Below are positions 48,816-59,290 of a DNA stretch of 64,000 bases, piece by piece. The notes beneath the pieces are model-generated. The model saw only the letters and a list, made by a program, of their open reading frames with translations. It did not search any database and had not been told where the DNA came from. The stretch is from Tubulanus polymorphus. Taxonomy: Eukaryota; Animalia; Nemertea. Position numbers and translations under genes: made by a program. How positions within the stretch are numbered: the first letter of the stretch is position 1; each line of letters starts with the position of its first letter. The DNA is taken from NCBI RefSeq assembly GCF_964204645.1, contig NC_134028.1:14019653-14083652 (forward strand), written 5' to 3'.

Positions 48816-48982
48816 TTATTATACATATTTTTTTACTAAATTGGTTAATAATTTTAGAATCCTCTTCCATTTCTTCGACCAACGTCATCCTTTTTCATTC
48901 TTCGTTGCTTTTGATAAGTCGTTTCGATTCCTTGATATCTAAATCATTCCAGTTACAATAACCGCGTCACATGCGGACATAC

Positions 48983-49305
48983 AGGAGCGTTTTTGCCTAA
49001 TGCGCATGCGTTAATCATAATTATATATTCATTCTGTAAATTCTGTAAAATAGAAACGACCGACATAAAATATCAAAACGTGTTCGCACTAGGCAAAACC
49101 GCTCCTATAGGAGCGTTTTTGATCAATGCGCATGCGCTAATCATAATTATATATTCATTCTATAAAATAGAAACGACCGACATAAAATATCAAAACGCAT
49201 GTGCACTAGGCAAAACCGCTCTTATAGGAGCGTTTTTTATCAATGCGCATGCGCTAATCATAATTATATATTCATTCTATAAAATAGAAACGACCGACAT
49301 AAAAA
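48983..49305. repeat. ~117-bp tandem repeat x~3 with TGCGCATGCG and GCTCCTATAGGAGC palindromes
   Basis: Palindromes at 49101-49114 and 49218-49231. Confidence 0.9.
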
Positions 49306-49368
49306 TTCACCAATCAGATTTACACAATACATTATACAAGTATGTTCGATCGTTGTACATAATTTGAT

Positions 49369-50079
49369 TTATAATTCCAACCAGAACTTTTCAATTTCTG
49401 GATCATTGTCAAACATTTTTTCAATATCGTTTAAATATTTTACTATATCAGAAAATGACAAACTTAAAAATTGGAATCTTTTATATGTAATTAATCTCCC
49501 TACACTTCTTAATTTTCTTTCATACCCAGCACTAATACCTATATATTTTTTAACCCAAGAAGTCCAAGAAATCCCCGCAGTTTGTTTATTAAACATTAAT
49601 AATCCCCTATTTAAACAATCCCCGAAAATGATATAATCCCATAAATGCTTTGCTTTTTTAAATAACAAGGTTCTATAATTTTTTTCGATAAAGCAGTTAT
49701 TTCATTAAATGATGTTATACCTTCTATTTCTTTAAAACTTGCATCTTTTTCAATTGATAATTTTGATTAAAAAAAACTCAGTTAACTCATTTCCGCTCAT
49801 TTTCTTTTTAGTTTTTGTTCCTTTTAGTCTTAACAATATTTCTACATTGGTTGTTGGTCTTTTCGGTAATGATGTTACGCTTGATTGCTGGTTTTCTATT
49901 ATTTTTTCTAAAATTAATGTCATTTCTTGATGGTAATATAAATGTTTTTTAACTTCTTCTAACGTTTCATCTTCTATATCGAAAGATTCTTTTACTTCAG
50001 TACCCATTTCCATTGGTTCGTCTTCCTCCATTTCGGTTGCCCTCTGAGAATTAAGAGTACTTCTTGATACACACGACAT
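49369..50079 (-). pseudogene. ~230-aa putative HTH DNA-binding protein, frameshifted
   Basis: ORF pieces 49750-50088 and 49369-49668; Y..FG..L...W.SWV....IS..YERK pattern resembles DUF3102-type HTH (inference). Confidence 0.55.
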
Positions 50080-50088
50080 TTTATTCAA

Positions 50089-50545
50089 CTAAAAGATATC
50101 AGCGGTAGAACAGGAACCGCGATATTAAATGATATAAATATTTTCAAGTCTATCGTTTCTAATTATTATATTTCAAGTTATTATCTATCTAACGTAAAAT
50201 AGAATTAACTGTATGAAGTTGTAGTTGTCAAAAGCACTTAAAGGTTTCATATTTAATGGCCTTAATAACTACAAAAACAGTACTTACATTTAGATTTATA
50301 ATTGTAAACTATAAACTCCTAATTTCGTTTCGATATATAGAATATCCTGAGCACAATATTACAGCGTCTGTTCATTTCCGGGGCGATTTCTAGAATGGCA
50401 CGTCGTTGATCATGCCACGTCATCTGGTTCCAGCGCGCCTTTCTAGAATATTCTACACGTTTCTGATTATGATGTGTCATCTCTATTCAGAGTTCCAGCA
50501 CACCTTTCTAGAATTTTCTCTGCACGTTTGTAATAATGAGTCATA
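50089..50545 (-). promoter_or_regulatory. Pol II-type stress-responsive promoter with probable 5' UTR intron
   Basis: TTCnnGAAnnTTC at 50441-50453 and 50506-50518; CCACGTCA 50415-50422; TGAGTCA 50537-50543; CTATATAT (minus) 50333-50340; GTAAGT donor at 50287, TTTTAG acceptor at 50089. Confidence 0.6.
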
Positions 50546-50630
50546 AGTCTCGGCGTCATAGTAACAACTGTAACAGCTGTGAATTTATAGATTTATTCCA
50601 TAGCTTTGTACATTGAATGTATATAGGCGC

Positions 50631-50882
50631 TCAAATAGAATCATTTTCTAGTATAAACATCAGATCCTTGATATCAAATTCCTCAACGTATTGTTCATTA
50701 TTTGGATTATTGTTCCATTGATCAATAAATTTCTTTCCCTTTGTTAACTGTTCTGAATATAACTGTAAATATTCTAGTTTCAATTTATTCTCTGAATGTG
50801 TTTTAGTTTTATTGTGTCTTGCTTTTTGGGATTTATCTATATTGATTTTACATGTTGGACAGTAGTACTTATTTGCTTCCAT
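50631..50882 (-). pseudogene. Chimeric ORF: polB zinc finger (TIR) fused to HNH C-terminal paralogue
   Basis: MEANKYYC...KLEY followed by LYSEQL...NNEQYVEEFDIKD. Confidence 0.8.
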
Positions 50883-51368
50883 TTTAATACTAAATTTTTT
50901 ATTAAAATTGATTTTAGAAGTTCAATGATTTAAATGTTATTCATATATATGATTATTTTAAGAGTAATAGGGGTAATGGGCTTTCAGGTTAAAGGTTGAA
51001 TGGTCGAGTTCATTAATAACAAATATTAAAAGTAATTTAAAACTATAATATATTTTCATAACCGTGTGTATTTCAGTTGAACAATAGAATAATTATTATT
51101 ATTTGAATATATTTGATTATATGAATTTGTGTATTGTAAATAAATCAATTGGTCGCGGAGCGGAGCGGTAGCAAGGTGGAGCGACCAATGTGATTTAATA
51201 CAATATGCTTTTTAAATTATTGATATCTTAGAATAAATATTCAGTTTTTAATATAAAATACACACGGTTATGAAAATATATTATAGTTTTAAATTACTTT
51301 TAATGTTTTGTTTTTTAATGAGCTCGACCGTTCGACCTTTGGCCTGAAAGTCCATTACCCCTATTACT
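50769..51368 (-). repeat. Right TIR of Polinton 2
   Basis: Reverse complement of 32879-33477. Confidence 0.95.
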
Positions 51369-51374
51369 AGCAAT

Positions 51375-52430
51375 GTTGGTTAACCCTTTTATTTCTGAAA
51401 CACGATTAGATACAAACTCAGCTAGTTTCTTGTCACTTTTCAACCAACACAGTACGATTTGGCTATCGGTATGAAAAATTGAATCAGAAATATCAATGGT
51501 TGAACATTAAGATTGCTGAACATGATTAGCAAGTCTTGCCCCAACTAAGGCTAATAATTCCAATCTAGGAATTTAATAGTCTTTGAAGGGAGCTACTCTT
51601 GACTTGCTCATTACAAATGTTAATATATCATCGTTTCCTAGATATGATACAGCTCCATAGGCTGATCTACTGGCCATATGATATAGGCTGATCTATGTAT
51701 GCAACACCAACGACCGAACAACTACTGAACTCGAGAAGTAACAGCGTGGAATTTTAACATTCTGCATCACATTGTCCAAATCATGAGCAATTTGTCGCCA
51801 TTCGGAAGACAGATCGTTCGATAAAGGGTCATCCCAATCAAAGGACTCACGCCAGAGAGATTCAGCCAAGATTCTCGCTCTGATAGTGACAGGATTAAAA
51901 AATCCGAGGGGATCATATATTCTCGATAAATTTTGAACCACAATTCGCTTCGTTATTTGACCAGAATCAGAAATAACATTTTAATGTTTTAAGGTCATAA
52001 TATTGGTGTCAGTATTCCACCGCAAACCTAATACATTCACATCAATCTATTCTTCTAAAACATTGTCCTCTTTGGCTTTCTCACAAATCACGGAGCTATT
52101 TGATGACCATGATCGTAAATTCATGTTAGCGTCAGCTAATGCTAAACGCGATTGTAAATAGTATTCACTAGCTTCCAACTCAGTTTTACAAGAAGAAACA
52201 ACATTATCTACGTATATATTCATGGCTACATCATCTAAAACTGATGAATCAACGGTGTAATTATGCAAATGATTCATCACAGTGCAGGTAAGGATGAAGG
52301 GAGAACATGTAGCTCCAAAACGCAAACGCTTGAAACGATACGTAATGAATTGAGAACTAGGATCTGCGGGATCGGCTAACCATAAAAATCTAGTTACATC
52401 TCTTTCGACAGGATGTAAGCCGACCTGTAA
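51375..52430 (-). pseudogene. BEL/Pao pol, RT and RNase H part
   Basis: FLQVGL...RFLW, FGATCSPFIL, IYVDNV, IYDPLG, TDSQIVLCWL, FVSNRV. Confidence 0.92.
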
Positions 52431-53663
52431 AAATTCTCGCACGCTCGAATTTATTTTTATTTTTTACTCACTCGCCCCTTCAACCTTTGATATGAAAGCC
52501 CATATTCCCAATTACTCCTAATAATATTCATATATATGAATAACATATAAATGAATAACATATATAAATGAATAACTTCTAAAATCAATTTTAATTAAAA
52601 TATGTTATTAAAATGGAGAGTAAACAAGTACACAGTGAGAACAACAAATCATTTCTAGATAGAATAAAAGATACTACAAATGTAAAATCTCTAGATTATA
52701 AATTTAAGAAGTTAACAGAATTAAAAATTCATAAGAAATATTTAATTACAAGTATTGATACAGTTACAAACAACTATGGAGATAAATTAGTTATCCACTT
52801 AGAATATGAAGGATTAAAAGGAAATAAATATATATTCAGAACATAATTTCCAGATAGATTTCATAGATTATCAAGTGAAGATTTAGAAGAATTATGTTCT
52901 GGTGATTTCTATTTCATATATAAAGGTAAGAATGAAAAAGGGCACCATGATATAGATTTCGAATAAGATAAAATCAATTTTAATAAAAAACTTGATATTA
53001 AAATGGAAGCAAATAAGTACTACTGCCCGACGTGTAAAATCAATATAGATAAATCTCAAAAAGCAAGACACAATAAAACTAAATCTCACTGAGAGAATAA
53101 ATTGAAATTAGAATATAAAGATGATATATTAGAAACTAAATTAGATGAATTAAAGAATGAAAAAGAAATATATCAATTTTTTACATCTAATCAATCATTC
53201 AGTAACAAAAGATATTACGAACAACATTTAAAATCTAAAAGTCATATTAGAAATATGAATAATGATATTTTAGGTGAAGATTATTTGATAAAGATAATGA
53301 TAAGAAACAGAAGACAATTAAAAGAACAAAAAAAATTTATCAATAAAAGACCATACATGGAAGATGTTAGAAATTATATTAATTCATTAGATAATAAAAA
53401 AGATATTATAATTACAGATGTTGAATACCCTAAAATTAGTATATCTTCTAAAGTTAAATTTTCAAAATCTGAAGATAAACCAATATATAATATATATAAA
53501 TTCCCATTCACAACATATCATATCTAAACAACATATAGATGATAGATTAAATAAATGTTATAATGAAATAAAAAGTAAAATAGAAGAGAACAATTTTGAA
53601 GGATCAGGTTTAATATTCGATGAAATAATATTTATGACTTTACATGTGTACAATACAAAATAT
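52430..53663 (+). mobile_element. Polinton fragment: inner half of short hairpin terminus, OB-fold gene, polB 5' part
   Basis: 52430-52516 matches the reverse complement of part of 28066-28151; ORFs 52613, 53102 and 53418. Confidence 0.85.
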
Positions 53664-56042
53664 AAATATAGCTGCAAAGCAGCGATAACGGGTTTTCTGA
53701 GCAGGCGTCCTATTCATAGTTTGAAAAGTGGATAATAGAAATATATCAATACGGGATACGCATTTGATGTGTAAAGTCACACCAACGCGGTTTAACATAA
53801 CATAATTCATAGTTATAGTCAAATTGGGGGTTACTCGGGTCGTTTAGTTGTCTGTGGAGTCGAGTAGATTGGTTACCCGTCTGTAACATTGGTTACGGAG
53901 ACTCGTCAGCTTGATGAGTTGTATGTATTATGATTGTGCGCCACCTGCATTTTCCGAAATAATGTTCATATAATTATTTGAAGGGACGATTGAAATCAAT
54001 TATCAACGTACGTCTGAATATGTAATAGTCCTTAGTAACTTTCTGTTGCAGAGGGCATAGAAAAGATTTTGAAATTATTTAATTAAAATATAAATTTCAT
54101 TTACGAAAAATAAACTATTATGGTCAGTACAAATTGAAAATTCATAGTGTATTTTTAAGAACAAGCTTACATAGCTTACAGAATACATCACGTACATTTG
54201 AATTTTATAAGTGATGGGTAAAAATCAACGTGTGACAGAAAAAAATGTAGTTAATTATTTAACAATATCGAAACATGTGAACAGAAACTAAAACTTTTAT
54301 GTCAGTGACCAGTATGGAATTACACAACGACAATTGGCTTTAAACTCAACAAACATTATTAAAGAATGTTTCAATCAAAATGCTTTATATAACGACATGA
54401 ATAAACTTGTTTTACAAAACAAGAAAGTACATTTTGAACTTTTGAATGGTCGAATCCCTTTTATTCACAGTAACCTGTAATGTGGCGATTCTCGGAGCCA
54501 TCCTTCTTGGTGACGTCACTAACAAGTGGTCACGGCCGTACGCGTGCACTCATTTCTTTGAAAATCTAGCTTCCTCGCGGAGCGGGACCTGGTGACGCTG
54601 CGCCCCGCCCCCTTCGCGCTGAGAAATATCTTATTCCCAGTTAGCAGAGACAGGTTCTAAAGATCATAGAGTGCATCGCTGGAGGGTTTCCGATCCGTAT
54701 AATTGAATTTGAATTGGTGCGGTGGCGCTCTCAATGCGGAAGTTTTTGTCATTCCGAAATAAACCGTAAAGTTTCACAAGTTTCTGTTTATAACGCATGC
54801 GCATTAGGAAGTGTTGGGGAAATCCTCTAAGTCCAGAAATTGGTCGCGTGCGCATGCGTCGCTACATGTGTATTTTTTCCTAAACTGGGTCATGTCAGAA
54901 CGCTGAAACATAGAACTCTAACAGAATGAACCTGCGTGAAGGCAGCGGGAAGGCGCAGTTTGTTTGGTCACTTAATAGGGTCATTTGTGTTTTGGGGAAT
55001 GACAGACCTGTCATTCCGCAACCTGTGTTCAAGTGGTCTTGCCATAAGCTGAAAATCTAACATATATATCGGTATATTAAAAAAAAGGATGAATGTATTT
55101 TACTGCTACACATTCGGGATTCGAACCTAATAGCACTTAAAAGTAAATCCTGGGGCTATCAAAGTTCATTGTTTCATATTCGGGATGCTGTAACTTTTTT
55201 ACTCGGCAAACAATAACCCAGCGACACTTTAATCATCAAAGTTCATGTCGTAACGCTTGAAATACGACCAGTAATTTTCGGGTTTCGAACCTGCTTACAA
55301 GATGAACCAGCGTAAATAAGATCAATATTTTTACGGGATTCGAACCTAATGGAAACTACAGCGACTATTAGTCATTAAAGTTCACATGCAGTTCACATGT
55401 AGTACCGCATGCGCAATGTGCCGATTTCTCGACTTAGAGCCATTACAGCACTGACTAATGCGCATGCGTTAGGTAGAAACGGAGACTTGGGAAACTTTAC
55501 GGTTTTTGCCAGTAGCATGGTACGCACTAAATTCAAAATTACTTTATTACCAATATTTTCTAAGCATAGTTTCATTGGTTTCCTCATTAATTAAATTTAG
55601 ACCAAACCAAATCAAATATCATAATATTTTTAATAACCTACAAGTACATTATGAACTTTTGAATGGTCTAACCCCAGTATAGTCCCCCGTGATTTAGAAA
55701 TTCTCGGAGCCCTCCTTTATTTACTTACTAAATGACGTCACAAACTGTTATTTCGCCGGTGCTTGTTGTCTAACAATTCAATTCAATTCTTTATTTACAG
55801 TAACCTAATAAGTAATTTTAAGTTTCAAATAGGATGGAAAGTACATTCAGACAATCTGTTGGTTCAGAGAGACCGTTATTACAGTATCAATTTATACATG
55901 TCGTTTCGAAGCTGTCAGTTGCCGAATCTGAATGAAGATGAATTTTATTTGACGAAATCGGCGGAAAATATATTATAATAATAATAATAATAATCAACAG
56001 AATTTCAAGAGGGTTTTCGACGAAAGTCAGAAAACCCTAATA
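53664..56042 (+). repeat. HINE-like repeat sharing termini with repeats A/B
   Basis: Starts aaatatagctgcaaagcagcgataacggg; ends (AAT)n plus stem-loop agggttttc..gaaaaccct. Confidence 0.55.
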
Positions 56043-56105
56043 AATTGTCATGCACATTCAGTGTAAACCAGGCCATAACTAGCTGCTATTAAGGCATTCC
56101 ACTAA

Positions 56106-56793
56106 AGTCTATCCCAGTGGTTATGACCGCGGCATTTCACTCTCAAAGGGCCAGTATCAACAACAATTTAATTGATACTGACAGCTTTAAGTGGTCAAAA
56201 TCACCATGAGCATCGCTGACTCGCTGGACCCCAGCTGCTTGTTACTATGGTTACAGGCAAGAGTGAATAAAGAGCAAAACGTTTCCACACTTAATCCAAG
56301 AAAATGAAGTAATAAGCAATGAAAATTCAGTTTTGAAGTCTTGTTGCATTCAAGAGTGAATATTTTCACTGGATGCTGAAGTCAGTGTTTACATTATGAA
56401 GTGTCAAAACCAATTTCCAAGTTGAAGGATTATATTTAGATTGTGTTTCAAGCAAAACAACAGCACTCGACTCATGAGATAATTCCAGATTATATATGAT
56501 CACACTCTGAAGAGTTTATAGATGTACAAAATCAATCAGATTGAATTTGCCACATGACATGATTATTCCCAAAATGAACCTCAAAATTCAAGAAAGGATT
56601 TTGTAAAATTATAAAAATTGGAATTTTATATCCTTTAATAAATGGCCAGTTGATGGTATATTATTCACTCTTGAATGCAGTAGTCGCATGACCTCAATCA
56701 CTCGTAAGGCTGAGTGATAGAAACCACAGGGATCCTGATATGTTAGTGTAACAACTCTTTGATGCACCGCGGTCATAACTACTGGGATAGACT
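56106..56793. mobile_element. Non-autonomous DNA transposon (Kolobok-like MITE)
   Basis: Inverted repeats 56103-56132 / 56767-56796 differ at one base; AG...CT termini flanked by CTAA / TTAA. Confidence 0.7.
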
Positions 56794-57308
56794 TTAACTG
56801 GCTCTACTCATTATATTTAGGCCCTAAATCTATTCTAGGCGCATCCCCCAAAAAAGCTAGGCATTAAGTAAGTAGCCAACAATGATCATTGCTTCACCGA
56901 GTAGGTCTACTCATTTGCTACCATACTCATATTATTAAAGAATTCATTTTATACATTCCCTGGTTAATGGATTCTCACCTTAAAATACATAAACTCCGCT
57001 GTCGTTGTCATCGATCCGAGTCGTCAACTGAACGCGGAAGTAAAATTCCGTGTGAAAATTCCTACAATTTCTGTCCATATCACGTTGATTTGACCCCGAA
57101 ATCTTCGGGAAATGTAGCCAACGTAAATTGATTTACGAATAGAATTAATCAATTGACTCATTTTAGAAATCATGGTTTCGTGAAATTCATTAAAGTCCTA
57201 AAACTCGCGATAAATTTGAGCCGAAAATGATTTCAACCATCCACCATGTTGTTTCATTAATAAAACAATTGTTGCGCGCCAGCGCTGTACTATGATAATG
57301 CATGGTTT

Positions 57309-57368
57309 CACTAGGATTCGAACCCTCAATCTCTCAGTTGTGAGTCAAACACCTTATCCACCCACAGG
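57309..57368 (-). repeat. tRNA-derived (SINE-head-like) relic
   Basis: Minus strand tggataagg (A box-like) and ggttcgaatcc (B box); no convincing acceptor stem. Confidence 0.4.
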
Positions 57369-57619
57369 ACAGAACGCGTCTTTTACCGTTAGTGGGAGTA
57401 CGCGACACGGCGAGTGGCCATTGCTACTTCCATCCGGTGTTATCTTACAGTAAGTAATTTTAAGTTTAAAATAGGGTGGAGAGTGCATAGATAGAATCAA
57501 CGCGGAGAGAATGAGTGTTATATTACTATCAGAATTCTACATTTCGATTAGAAGCTGTTAGTTATCGAATCTGAGAGATGAATTTCTTGTGCGGAAAAAA
57601 GTGGAAAATATGTAAATAA

Positions 57620-59276
57620 TAATAATAAATATAGCTGCAAAGCAGCGATAACGGGTTTCTGCCTTGCTGGATGAGGAGCGCCACCAAGGGGTCAGCTGAT
57701 AACATGGCTATGTTGATTCACATGGGATACTACGCGAAAAGTTCTAATGTACCAAGGTTAGGGGGACACCGAGAATAACGAAGATACGGTATTTTTACCA
57801 TGCCCAAGTGGCCGGTAATTTGCCGGTTAGCATACTACTGAATTACAATCGAAAAAACTGAGAATGAGTTTTCAACATTAACGCCCCTAGTGGTTAGAAT
57901 AGGAACTAAGTATGTTAGGGATTCGTTGTATCTTATATCCAGGTACATGTATATCAATTTTCATAGAGACACCTTTATCCGCATAGTAGCTATCAATGAA
58001 AATGCATTTCCAGCAAAATGTAGGTGGCGCTCCTGGAGAACCATATAAGTTACCTACTTAAACCATACATAAATACAAGTATCTTGAAAAGGGCTACTAA
58101 CCACACATTGCAACCTCGATTCTATCGCCAACGGTTAAGGACCTAGGAGCAAAAATCGTTGTTTTCACATTCCCCTAGTGGCAGTTGTATGAACTAATCA
58201 TGCAGGATGGCATATTACACACATGTCTTTGTACTTATACCAAGTTTTGTGATTTTCATAATAAACAGACCGCATGAAATGCAAAAAATGGATGCTGAAA
58301 TCGATTTTTCAAAATTTACGCCCCCTAGTGGTTAAAATGGGAACTAATCATATGAGGGGTTCGTTTTGTTTAGTAACCAGGTACATGTGTATCAATTTTT
58401 ATAGAAATCCATTGATACCCTTAGTCCATATAGATGAAAATGCGTATTCCAGCATATTATAGGTGGCGCTACTGGAGAACCATATGAGTTACATAGTTAT
58501 ACCATACATCAATACAAGCATCTTGCCCAGGGCTACTGATCACTCAATGCAACCACAATTACATCTCCAACGGTTAAGGAGCTAGGAGCACAAATCTCAT
58601 TAAAAAATTTGGGGGCCCATTTTCGAGCCCGTAGAGCCCAAACGGTTAATCGCAGATAGGGCGTGCCATTGACTTTTTTAATCTCCGGGCTGTTATGAAC
58701 AACTTTCGTGCTCGCCCGAAGCTGAAAAGTCAAAGACAAAAAATTTTCTCACACAGTAACTTTTCGATGTCACAATTTTCAAATGTAAAACACCCCCTGG
58801 TGGGTGAACGGGGTCCCCAATCAAATATCCCTTTGACTTACCTCAAGGTACCTGTGTTCCGTACATCTCACGTAAGTTTCAAGTAAATCCGTTGAGCAAT
58901 ATTCTTGTTACTAGCGGAATTCGAAGTATTAAAGCCTATATATGATGCTCTAACTTGTGTTGCCGAAGCAATATATGATGCTCCTTAACATACAGCATAA
59001 ACAAGGCCATAAAAATTCCTCAGTTGCGTTCTGTCGAGCAATGTCCTAATTCAACAATCGATTCGTAGAAGGAAGAGATAAAAATATCACTACTGCTTGC
59101 GTGTTTACTACAGATCTAGAACAACACAGCTCTATCGATATAAGGACACAGACACAAACACACGTATTTAGGAGCCGCTGTGGGAATGACACGTAGGCAA
59201 TACACATACGTAGATGGATACTGTTTGAATCGGGCTTAAATTTCGATGTTTAGAGGCTCACAGTGAGTAAACAGTG
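57620..59276 (+). repeat. Repeat A copy, opposite orientation
   Basis: Reverse complement of 229-1420 / 22251-24060. Confidence 0.75.
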
Positions 59277-59290
59277 GATATGTTAACAAA

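Larger units (their letters stand above)
32879..51368 (+). mobile_element. Complete Polinton/Maverick copy 2 (~18.5 kb) inserted in BEL pol
   Basis: AGTAAT...ATTACT termini, ~600-bp TIRs, TSD AGCAAT (32873-32878 / 51369-51374). Confidence 0.97.

Noticed and set aside
48993-49367. 124-aa repetitive ORF
   Set aside because: Translation of the 117-bp tandem repeat, non-ATG start, no counterpart in copy 1.
49540-49792. Intron in the HTH gene explaining the difference from copy 1
   Set aside because: No GT donor at the junction and the interval reads as coding (W..WV motif); copy 1 more likely has a deletion.
55110-55350. tRNA genes suggested by ggattcgaacc B-box motifs
   Set aside because: No cloverleaf can be built; they look like SINE-derived relics.
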